Source: Oscillospiraceae bacterium (GTDB lineage Bacteria; Bacillota; Clostridia; Oscillospirales; SIG627). Taken from it: a stretch of DNA of 64,000 nucleotides. The notes beneath the pieces are model-generated. The model saw only the letters and a program-made list of their open reading frames with translations, did not search any database and was not told where the DNA came from. Made by a program: the position numbers and the translations under genes. Shown piece by piece: positions 1 through 7,821 of this stretch (the stretch's first letter is position 1; each line of letters begins with the position of its first letter). Location: contig SVQW01000001.1 in the NCBI GenBank assembly GCA_015065085.1, positions 21,750 to 85,749 on the forward strand, given 5' to 3'.

Positions 1-1
1 A

Positions 2-553
2 AAGTATAAAAATCTTGATGTAGTGCCATCAAATATAAATCTTGCAGGCGCAGAAATCGAGCTGGCAGAACGTGAAAACCGTGAATGCATACTTCGTAAA
101 AGCCTTTGGCAGATTTACGATAAATATGACTACATAATCATCGATTGCCCGCCGTCACTCGGCATGCTTACACTGAATGCTCTTGCCGCATCAGACAGAG
201 TGATTGTTCCCATGCAGTGCGAGTACTACGCACTTGAAGGACTTTCACAGCTTGTTTTTACCATAAAGCAGGTCAAAAGGCTTTATAACCCTCAGCTTAC
301 TTTGGACGGAGTAATACTCACGATGTACGACGGCAGATTGAATCTGTCTATTCAGGTTATGGAGGAAATAAAGAAATATTTTCCCGACAAGGTGTACAAA
401 AATGCCGTTCCGCGTAATGTGCGTCTGAGCGAAGCACCCAGCCACGGTATGCCGATAATCTATTATGATAAATATTCAAAAGGCAGTCTTGCTTATCTGG
501 AAATTGCAAAAGAAATCATTTCCAAAAGCCCGGCAGAAGCCTCAAACAATTAA
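2..553 (+). CDS. parA: ParA/Soj chromosome-partitioning ATPase, C-terminal part (5' end lies outside the window)
   Basis: The frame is open from base 2. Translation ...NLAGAEIELAERENRE...YDYIIIDCPPSLGMLTLNALAASD...VPRNVRLSEAPSHGMPII is typical Soj/ParA. It sits directly upstream of parB. Confidence 0.9.
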   Translation, partial: KYKNLDVVPSNINLAGAEIELAERENRECILRKSLWQIYDKYDYIIIDCPPSLGMLTLNALAASDRVIVPMQCEYYALEGLSQLVFTIKQVKRLYNPQLTLDGVILTMYDGRLNLSIQVMEEIKKYFPDKVYKNAVPRNVRLSEAPSHGMPIIYYDKYSKGSLAYLEIAKEIISKSPAEASNN

Positions 554-591
554 AGGAGCTTTCACCTGAGCGTGAAAAAAGGATAAGTATT

Positions 592-1482
592 ATGTCAAGA
601 CCCACCGGACTCGGCAAAGGTCTTAATGCGCTTTTTGCCGAAAATGAAATAACAACACAAAACCCCAATGAAATAACAACCCTGCGTATATCATGTATAG
701 AGCCGGATAAAGACCAGCATCGTAAGAGCTTTGATGCGGCACTTCTTGATGAATTGGCACAGTCCATAGCGCTTCACGGCGTTATTCAGCCTATTGTAGT
801 ACGCCCTCTTGCAAACGGTAACTACAAAATAATCGCAGGCGAGCGCCGTTGGCGTGCTTCGAAGCTTGCGGGACTGGATGAAGTCCCCGTAATAATACGC
901 GATATTGAAGATATGGAAGCGGCGGAAATCGCGCTTATTGAAAATCTTCAGCGTGAGGACCTCAATCCCGTTGATGAGGCTAACGGATATCACAGGCTTA
1001 TTACCGATTTTAACATCACTCAGGAGGAAGCCGCAAAAAAAGTAGGCAAGTCCAGAACGGTTATAACAAACGCTCTCCGACTTCTCAATCTTCCGGCGGA
1101 AGCGCTGACACTTCTTAAGGAAAAAAGAATTTCCGCCGGGCATGCCAGAGCTCTCCTTGGATTGAAGGATGCTGAAAGAATTCCCGATATTTGCAAAATG
1201 ATTACCGAAAAAGCAATGTCGGTTCGCTCGGTGGAATCGCTTGTGAAACAGATTAATTCACCCAAGGCTCAAAAGAGCCAGCAGGAGCTTTCAAAGGATG
1301 CTTATATGAAAGAGACCGAAAGAAAGCTTTCCTCTGAGCTTGGCAGAAGGGTAAATATCAAATATAATTCCGGTAAGGAAAGCGGTTCACTGGTACTGGA
1401 ATATTTTGATAATGACGATTTGGAAGAAATTTTGTCGCTTTTGTGCAGAAATGATATAAAAACAGTATTAAACGAAAATTAA
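592..1482 (+). CDS. parB: ParB/Spo0J chromosome-partitioning protein
   Basis: GLGKGLNALF N-terminus, ParB box IIAGERRWRASKLAGL, and an HTH segment QEEAAKKVGKSRTVITNALRLLNLP. A GGAG lies upstream. Confidence 0.93.
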   Translation: MSRPTGLGKGLNALFAENEITTQNPNEITTLRISCIEPDKDQHRKSFDAALLDELAQSIALHGVIQPIVVRPLANGNYKIIAGERRWRASKLAGLDEVPVIIRDIEDMEAAEIALIENLQREDLNPVDEANGYHRLITDFNITQEEAAKKVGKSRTVITNALRLLNLPAEALTLLKEKRISAGHARALLGLKDAERIPDICKMITEKAMSVRSVESLVKQINSPKAQKSQQELSKDAYMKETERKLSSELGRRVNIKYNSGKESGSLVLEYFDNDDLEEILSLLCRNDIKTVLNEN

Positions 1483-1503
1483 AACCGAAAGGAAGTAATA
1501 TAA

Positions 1504-2775
1504 ATGCTTGATATAAAACTTATCAAGGAAAACCCCGAATATTATAAAAAGAGACTTGCTGACCGTCAGAAGAGCTACGATGCTGACATTGATGCTCTTA
1601 TGACGCTGGATGCCGAAAGACGTGCACTTATCGCAGATGTTGAAACCAAAAAGGCAAATCAGAACGCCATCAATAAGCAGATTCCCCAGATGAAAAAGGA
1701 AGGCAAGGACGTTGCACCCATTTTTGCCGAAATGAAGGAAATTGCCGCCACCATTAAAAAAGATGATGAGCGTGTAAACGAAATTGACACTCAGATAGAG
1801 ACTATTCTTCTCAATATTCCAAACGTTCCCCATCCCAGTGTTCCCGTGGGAGCGGATGATAAGGATAATGTTGAAATCAGAAGAAGCGGAACCCCCAGAG
1901 AATTCGGCTTTGAGCCAAAGGCTCATTGGGATATTGGTAAGGATTTGGGTATACTTGATCCCGATAGTGCCGCAAAGGTAACAGGTGCACGCTTCCATTT
2001 CTACAAGGGCCTTGGTGCAAGACTTGAACGCGCGGTTATCAATTTCTATCTTGACAATCACACCGAGTCGGGTTACACCGAGGTGTTCCCTCCCTACATG
2101 GTAAATCGCGATTCTATGCGCGGAACGGGTCAGCTCCCCAAGTTCGAAGAGGATGCTTTCAAGGTTGCAAACGATGACTACTTCCTCATTCCTACTGCCG
2201 AGGTGCCTGTAACCAACATGCATAAAAAGGAAATACTTGACGGTGCAAGACTTCCCATCAAGTACTGTGCTTACTCTGCTTGCTTCAGAGCAGAGGCGGG
2301 AAGCGCGGGACGCGATACACGCGGTCTTATAAGACAGCATCAGTTCAATAAGGTTGAGCTTGTTAAGTTCTCCAATCCCGACACCTCCTACGACGAGCTT
2401 GAATCTCTGACGAACGATGCGGCATCCAAACTGGACTTGTTGGGGCTTCCTTACAGAGTTGTTCTTCTTTGCACAGGTGATATGGGCTTCTCTTCTGCCA
2501 AAACTTATGATATAGAGGTTTATATGCCCTCATACGGAAGGTATGTTGAGATATCTTCCTGCTCGGACTTTGAGGATTATCAGGCAAGACGTGCTGATAT
2601 CAAATTTAAGAACGATCCCAAGGATAAGGCAAAATATGTACATACCCTCAACGGCTCCGGACTCGCAATAGGACGTACCGTTGCGGCAATTCTGGAGAAC
2701 TATCAGAACGAGGACGGAAGCGTTACCGTTCCCCAGGCTCTTGTGAAATACATGGGTTGCGAAGTAATAAAATAA
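1504..2775 (+). CDS. serS: Seryl-tRNA synthetase
   Basis: [12 protein letters not shown]... N-terminal coiled coil, and class II motifs ([39 protein letters not shown]). 423 aa. Confidence 0.95.
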   Translation: MLDIKLIKENPEYYKKRLADRQKSYDADIDALMTLDAERRALIADVETKKANQNAINKQIPQMKKEGKDVAPIFAEMKEIAATIKKDDERVNEIDTQIETILLNIPNVPHPSVPVGADDKDNVEIRRSGTPREFGFEPKAHWDIGKDLGILDPDSAAKVTGARFHFYKGLGARLERAVINFYLDNHTESGYTEVFPPYMVNRDSMRGTGQLPKFEEDAFKVANDDYFLIPTAEVPVTNMHKKEILDGARLPIKYCAYSACFRAEAGSAGRDTRGLIRQHQFNKVELVKFSNPDTSYDELESLTNDAASKLDLLGLPYRVVLLCTGDMGFSSAKTYDIEVYMPSYGRYVEISSCSDFEDYQARRADIKFKNDPKDKAKYVHTLNGSGLAIGRTVAAILENYQNEDGSVTVPQALVKYMGCEVIK

Positions 2776-2785
2776 TCAAGCTTTA

Positions 2786-2812
2786 GCCGAATGTGTCTGT
2801 GGCACATTCGGC
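2786..2812 (+). terminator. 10-bp perfect stem-loop after serS (GCCGAATGTG-N7-CACATTCGGC) with no clear T-tract
   Basis: The inverted repeat is read directly from the sequence. The missing U-run makes intrinsic-terminator function uncertain. Confidence 0.3.
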
Positions 2813-2833
2813 AATGCACTAAATGGTGATAAT

Positions 2834-3253
2834 ATGAATAATTATCTCAACGTAGTCATATGGTCGCTGGCGGCAGGAATATGTCTGTGCAATTTTTACA
2901 TTTACTATAACAAGGTCATCTTGGGCAGATTTGTACGTGCACTTCTGGATAAAGAGGCTTTTTCACCCGATAATGCGGTTGGGATTTCCGACTTGAATCT
3001 TCCTTTGGAAAAAATGGTTAAAATGGCCCTTGGAAAAGGTTCTCAGTCTCTTTATGGCGTTGTATCAAAAACGCAGGACGGCGCGGCGTATTATATCCCC
3101 GATGAGAAGCTCACAAAGGCACGCAAAATGTTTTCTTCAAAGGGCGTATCGTTTGTTCTCACTGTATTGTTGTCATTTCTTGTTATAGCGGCGGCGTATC
3201 TTCTGACACTGACTGTGCCTGTGATAATTTCATTGGCTGATAGTATTTTTTAA
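2834..3253 (+). CDS. Hypothetical small membrane protein (N- and C-terminal hydrophobic helices)
   Basis: 139-aa ORF with hydrophobic segments at both ends. I recognise no family. Confidence 0.5.
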   Translation: MNNYLNVVIWSLAAGICLCNFYIYYNKVILGRFVRALLDKEAFSPDNAVGISDLNLPLEKMVKMALGKGSQSLYGVVSKTQDGAAYYIPDEKLTKARKMFSSKGVSFVLTVLLSFLVIAAAYLLTLTVPVIISLADSIF

Positions 3254-3264
3254 GGAGACTTAAT

Positions 3265-4110
3265 ATGAATAATAATCAACCACGCAGAACACCTCCGAAG
3301 GCAGTTCGCAGAAAAAGTAAAAAGAAAAAGCTTAACCCAATGTTTGTTGTCATGATGCTTGCACTGTTTGCGGTTATATTTACCCTTCTGTTCGTGTATT
3401 TTTCTGTGGGATACCGTTATATAACCTGCGATAACGGAACCAAGTTCCTGGGTATAGTAAAACAGGATATTCCCACAAAGGGCACGGTTTATTACACCGA
3501 TGGCACAAAATCCGAATTGAAACTGGAAGATAATGCCATCGTTTATGAAAACGGGGATAAGTATTCGGGCGAAATTAAAAACCTCATGCGTCACGGGAAA
3601 GGTGTTATGACCTATGCCGACGGGAACGTATATGATGGCGATTTCTTTAACGACCAAATGACCGGCGCAGGCGTATTAACCTACAAGAACGGCGATAAAT
3701 ATGAGGGCGAATTTCTCAACGGAGAACGCAACGGACAAGGAACTTATACCTGGACCGACGAAAGCGGAACCTCCAGCTATACCGGTACTTTTAAGAACAA
3801 TATGAAGGATGGCGAGGGAACCTATACCTGGAGCGACGGTGCTGTTTATACAGGAACCTTTGTCAATAACGTAAAGAGCGGAAAGGGCGTTTATCATTTT
3901 GCCAACGGCGACAAATACGAGGGCGATTTTGTGGATGACAAGCGTACCGGCACCGGCGTATACACCTGGGCAAGCGGAGACCGCTATGAAGGAGAATTCT
4001 CGGATAACAAGCTAAACGGAAAAGGTAAGTATATCTGGGCAAGCGGCAGAGAATATGAAGGCTATTTTAAGGATAATGCTATTGAAGTTACCGAGGAACA
4101 GCCACAGTAA
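3265..4110 (+). CDS. Membrane-anchored MORN-repeat protein
   Basis: AAGGAG RBS. Basic N-terminus plus one TM helix (MFVVMMLALFAVIFTLLFVYF), followed by about 9 tandem 23-aa units of the YxGxxxxxxxxGxG(T/V) MORN type (e.g. GDKYEGEFLNGERNGQGTYTW). Confidence 0.8.
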   Translation: MNNNQPRRTPPKAVRRKSKKKKLNPMFVVMMLALFAVIFTLLFVYFSVGYRYITCDNGTKFLGIVKQDIPTKGTVYYTDGTKSELKLEDNAIVYENGDKYSGEIKNLMRHGKGVMTYADGNVYDGDFFNDQMTGAGVLTYKNGDKYEGEFLNGERNGQGTYTWTDESGTSSYTGTFKNNMKDGEGTYTWSDGAVYTGTFVNNVKSGKGVYHFANGDKYEGDFVDDKRTGTGVYTWASGDRYEGEFSDNKLNGKGKYIWASGREYEGYFKDNAIEVTEEQPQ

Positions 4111-4119
4111 GGTGGAAAA

Positions 4120-5376
4120 ATGGAAATAAGAGACGAACTTGTTGTTATGGCTCGGACCGCCGGTGAGGCTTCGCGTTTTCTCAATCGTGCGGGCACCGAC
4201 CAAAAGAATAAAGCACTGGAACATATTGCAGAAGCACTTACACAAAACACCGACTATATCCTTGGCGAAAATGCCAAGGATATTTGTGCCGCAAGGGATA
4301 ACGGTATCAAGGAAAGCATGATAGACCGTCTTACCCTTACGCGCAAGAGCATTGAAGCGATAGCCGCTTCTGTCAGGAAAGTGGTTGCACTTCCTGATCC
4401 CACAGGAATCTCGGAGGGCTTTACACGCCCCAACGGGTTGGTTATAACCAAAACTTCCGTTCCGCTGGGCGTTATAGGCATAATTTACGAATCACGCCCA
4501 AATGTTACGGTGGATGCGGCGTCACTTTGTCTTAAATCCTCCAACGCTGTAATACTTCGCGGTGGCAAGGAGGCTATATATTCAAATATAGCGCTTGTGA
4601 AAGTTATAAACGAAGCGCTTGCTTCTTGTGGCTTTCCCAAAGGGTGTGTAAACCTGATTGAAAGCACCTCACGCGACTACACTAACGCACTTATGAAGCT
4701 TCACGGCTATGTGGACGTTATTATCCCACGCGGAAGTGCAGGGCTTATAAAAGCCGTGTGCGAGAATTCTACTGTACCAGTTATTGAAACAGGTGCGGGT
4801 AATTGCCATATTTACGTTGACGAAAGCGCTGATTTTGATATGGCATGTGATATTATCATCAATGCTAAGGTACAGCGTCCGTCGGTATGCAATGCGGCAG
4901 AGAATTTGTTGGTACACAGTGCTGTTGCAAAGGATTTCCTCCCTGTCATAACCGAAAAACTCATTGCCAACGGTGTAGAGGTGAGAGCGAGCGGGGAGTG
5001 CGCACAATATCTCAACGGCTTTGATGTGAAAGAAGCGAGCGATGAGGATTTTTATACAGAATATAATGACTATATAATTTCTGTTAAAACGGTTGAAAGC
5101 ATTGATGAAGCAATCAGCCACATAAATAAACACAATACCGGTCACAGCGAGGCGATAATAACAAAAAGCCTTGAAAATTCAACTAAATTTTCCTCCGAGG
5201 TGGATGCAGCGGCAGTTTATACCAATGCCAGCACGCGTTTTACCGATGGCGAGGAATTTGGTTTTGGTGCCGAAATTGGTATTTCCACTCAAAAGCTTCA
5301 TGCACGTGGCCCGATGGCACTCAAGGAGCTTACAACCGTAAAATACATTATATCCGGAAACGGTCAGATAAGATGA
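4120..5376 (+). CDS. proA: Gamma-glutamyl phosphate reductase
   Basis: 418 aa. Aldehyde-dehydrogenase-like sequence with VIGIIYESRPNVTVDAASLCLKSSNAVILRGGKEA and the catalytic-Cys region QRPSVCNAAENLLVH, typical of ProA. Confidence 0.9.
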   Translation: MEIRDELVVMARTAGEASRFLNRAGTDQKNKALEHIAEALTQNTDYILGENAKDICAARDNGIKESMIDRLTLTRKSIEAIAASVRKVVALPDPTGISEGFTRPNGLVITKTSVPLGVIGIIYESRPNVTVDAASLCLKSSNAVILRGGKEAIYSNIALVKVINEALASCGFPKGCVNLIESTSRDYTNALMKLHGYVDVIIPRGSAGLIKAVCENSTVPVIETGAGNCHIYVDESADFDMACDIIINAKVQRPSVCNAAENLLVHSAVAKDFLPVITEKLIANGVEVRASGECAQYLNGFDVKEASDEDFYTEYNDYIISVKTVESIDEAISHINKHNTGHSEAIITKSLENSTKFSSEVDAAAVYTNASTRFTDGEEFGFGAEIGISTQKLHARGPMALKELTTVKYIISGNGQIR

Positions 5377-6014
5377 AAACAGTTTTGTATATAATTCGCC
5401 ACGGAAACAGCCTCGGTAATCTTACAAAAACATTTTATGGTCACCATAACGGTCCGCTTACCGAAACAGGCCACGAGCAGGCAAAGCGTGTTGCCGTGTA
5501 TTTTGAAAATAAAAAGGTTGATGTGATTTATTCCAGCGACCTTATGCGTGCGATCGATACCGTAAAGCCTGTCGCGTTGTCAAAAGGGCTTGAAATTATC
5601 GGAGACCGCCGTCTTCGTGAGATATATGCAGGCAAATGGGAAAACCGGAACATTGACGAGCTTATCGCTGAGTATCCCGAGGAATACGGCATATGGCGTT
5701 ATGATAAAGCCAATTCTCGCTGTACCGGCGGTGAAAGCGTGAGAGAATTGCAAAAAAGGATTTTTGAAGCAGTCACCGATATTGTGCAAAATAATATTGG
5801 TAAGAGTATAATGGTTTCCACTCATGCCACACCTATAATGACACTCAAAGCGTCGTTTGAAGACTTGCCCATTGAAAGCATAAACGGAACGGACTATGTT
5901 CTCAATGCCTCTGTAACCACGGTTACCTATGATGACGGGAAGTGGGATATTGTAAGCTATGGTGAAAACAGTCACCTGGACGGACTTATAACAGAAATGA
6001 CGAAAGGTTTTTGA
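5373..6014 (+). CDS. Histidine phosphatase family protein (phosphoglycerate-mutase-like / ribazole-phosphatase-like)
   Basis: N-terminal RHG motif (YIIRHGNSLGN) and a second His region (MVSTHATPI). ATGA overlap with the proA stop. Confidence 0.8.
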   Translation: MKTVLYIIRHGNSLGNLTKTFYGHHNGPLTETGHEQAKRVAVYFENKKVDVIYSSDLMRAIDTVKPVALSKGLEIIGDRRLREIYAGKWENRNIDELIAEYPEEYGIWRYDKANSRCTGGESVRELQKRIFEAVTDIVQNNIGKSIMVSTHATPIMTLKASFEDLPIESINGTDYVLNASVTTVTYDDGKWDIVSYGENSHLDGLITEMTKGF

Positions 6015-6020
6015 TACATT

Positions 6021-7292
6021 ATGAACGAAAAAAGAATGAATCGCAATGCTTCGGCGCTTATTGTACTGTGTTGGAGCGTTTACATGGTCTGTTATATCGG
6101 AAGAAAAAACTTTCAGGCATGTATGCCCGCTATGATTGAAAACGGATATTCCGAATCCGTCCTTGGCGCGGCGCTGACGGGATACCTTATTTGTTACGCT
6201 ATCGGTCAGTTCGTGAATGGCCTTGTGGGTGATAAAGTGTCGCCGAAATATATGTTGTTCACGGGTCTTATCGGCGCGGGAATTGCCAATCTTGCAATGG
6301 GACTCAATACAGTGAATGCACTGTTTGCGGTGTTCTGGTGCTTTAACGGATTTTTTAATTCCATGCTGTGGTCGCCCCTTTTGCGTGCTTATGCTATCTG
6401 GCTTAATGATGACCGCCGTCGGGGTGCTTCCGTATGGATAAGTGCCACTATTCCGGTGGGCGCTATTGTTTCAACTGTTATTACATCTTTAACATTGAAA
6501 TGGTCAGGCAATAACTGGCGACTTGTGTTCTTTATCTGTTCGGGAATACTGATAACCATGGCGTTCATTTGGCTTTTCGGAATAACTGCAATAAAGAAAT
6601 ACATAAATTGGATGACCGGGAATAATAACAAACCTGTTGATAATACATCCGAGATTGAATCCGAACCCGTGCAAAAAAAATATTCGTTGTGGCAGATAAT
6701 CTGGGGCGGCGGAGTTTTGTGTGTCGTTTTCGGAATAATGTTCAATGGCATAATAAAAGACGCGGTAGATGCCTGGACATCTACGTATATCTACGATTTC
6801 TTCGGAGTTTCGGCATCAGATGCGGCACTTATCACTACGGTATTGCCCATAGTAAACCTGAGTGGTGCCTTTGTTGCCAATTTTATAAACAGAAGAATAA
6901 CCGGAAACGAAATAACCACATGTGGTGTTCTGTTTGCAGTAAGTACGGTTACAGTAGGGCTTTTGCTTCTGATAGGTAAATATAACGTTATACTTGCAGT
7001 TCTTCTCATAGCAATTACCACCGCTTGTATGTTGGGTGTCAACACAATGTTCCTTACATTTATACCGCTGGGTTTTGCTTCAACCGGCAGAACATCATCA
7101 CTCACGGGCTTTTTTAATTCCTGCTCCTATGCGGCAGCGGCTGTTGCGGCATATCTTATAGGTCTTATGCAGGAATATGACGTTTCATGGAATATAATTA
7201 TTATGACATGGCTTGCTGTGGCGGCAATGGGCACACTTCTTTGTTTTGTGGGCAGAAGTACCTACGCACATAACAGACATAAATTTGAATAA
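6021..7292 (+). CDS. MFS transporter, organophosphate:Pi antiporter-like (GlpT/UhpC-type)
   Basis: 423 aa with about 12 hydrophobic segments. The N-terminal YIGRKNF motif is typical of the OPA family. Confidence 0.7.
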   Translation: MNEKRMNRNASALIVLCWSVYMVCYIGRKNFQACMPAMIENGYSESVLGAALTGYLICYAIGQFVNGLVGDKVSPKYMLFTGLIGAGIANLAMGLNTVNALFAVFWCFNGFFNSMLWSPLLRAYAIWLNDDRRRGASVWISATIPVGAIVSTVITSLTLKWSGNNWRLVFFICSGILITMAFIWLFGITAIKKYINWMTGNNNKPVDNTSEIESEPVQKKYSLWQIIWGGGVLCVVFGIMFNGIIKDAVDAWTSTYIYDFFGVSASDAALITTVLPIVNLSGAFVANFINRRITGNEITTCGVLFAVSTVTVGLLLLIGKYNVILAVLLIAITTACMLGVNTMFLTFIPLGFASTGRTSSLTGFFNSCSYAAAAVAAYLIGLMQEYDVSWNIIIMTWLAVAAMGTLLCFVGRSTYAHNRHKFE

Positions 7293-7467
7293 AATGCAAA
7301 ACCAAAAACAAAAAACAGCACATGCAGTTTTATTTCATGTGTATAGCGTTGTGTAAATAACGTGTCGATACGATGACAGTCTTTCGAAAAGGCGATGATA
7401 TTTTGCCGATTCAAGTCTGTAGCTGTACGAAAGTACTGAAGGACTTGAAGCGGCAAAAAGCGACAAA

Positions 7468-7512
7468 CAGCAGGTGATATTCGATGTATCGCCTGCTGTT
7501 AAATTGTTTTTT
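7468..7512. terminator. Palindromic 11-bp stem (CAGCAGGTGAT / ATCGCCTGCTG) with T-runs on both strands; bidirectional intrinsic-terminator-like hairpin, repeat copy 1
   Basis: The stem is read from the sequence. It is followed by TTAAATTGTTTTTTGC on the + strand and by TTTGTCGCTTTT on the - strand. Confidence 0.6.
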
Positions 7513-7671
7513 GCTTTGCTTCTGTCTTTTTTGAAATAAGTAATTTTCGTCGCGGTAGCGCGGCTTTCTCGACAGACTGACAGTCTTTCGAAAAGGCGAT
7601 GATATTTTGCCGATTCAAGTCTGTAGCTGTACGAAAGTACTGAAGGACTTGAAGCGGCGAAAAGCGACAAA

Positions 7672-7716
7672 CAGCAGGCGATATTCGATGTATCACCTGC
7701 TGTTAAATTGTTTTTT
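7672..7716. terminator. Same hairpin in repeat copy 2 (CAGCAGGCGAT / ATCACCTGCTG)
   Basis: Located 204 bp downstream of the copy-1 hairpin. It is the first strong hairpin met by transcripts leaving the SLH gene on the - strand. Confidence 0.6.
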
Positions 7717-7821
7717 GCTTTGCTTGTGCCTTTTTTGAAATAAATAATTTTCGTCGCGGTAGCGCGGCTTTCTCGACAGACTGAACCAGGCAATAAAAAT
7801 TTCCTGTGTTGCTTTATGCCG

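Larger units (their letters stand above)
7375..7784. repeat. Two head-to-tail copies of a 204-bp unit (7375-7578 and 7579-7782, about 97% identical)
   Basis: Direct alignment of the two copies gives 6 substitutions and no indels. The repeat lies in the gap between convergent genes. Confidence 0.95.

Noticed and set aside
560-578. TTTCAC-CTGAGC-GTGAAA inverted repeat between parA and parB, resembling a parS site (TGTTTCACGTGAAACA) split by 6 nt.
   Set aside because: The half-sites are separated and the outer TG/CA positions do not match. Scanning every CACGTG-containing site I could find in the window gave no 16-mer close to the parS consensus. This is most likely just a small intercistronic hairpin.
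1483-1503. Expected T-box leader upstream of serS.
   Set aside because: Only 21 nt separate the parB stop from the serS start, so there is no room for a T-box. serS appears to be co-transcribed with parAB here.
1468-2340. A 290-aa minus-strand ORF.
   Set aside because: It is antisense to serS. Shadow ORF.
7375-7784. Possible CRISPR array or minisatellite.
   Set aside because: There are only two copies of a long (204-bp) unit lying directly head-to-tail with no spacers. No cas genes are in the window. This is not CRISPR-like.
7335-7793. A 152-codon minus-strand ORF whose product contains two 68-aa repeats (...SVCRESRATATKI.YFKK...AKYHRLFERLS x2).
   Set aside because: The internal protein repeat only reflects the 204-bp (3 x 68) DNA tandem repeat. 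The ORF starts at a TTG with no convincing SD. It runs through palindromic terminator hairpins and a GNRA hairpin, and its composition is not protein-like. I treat the region as non-coding structured DNA/RNA.
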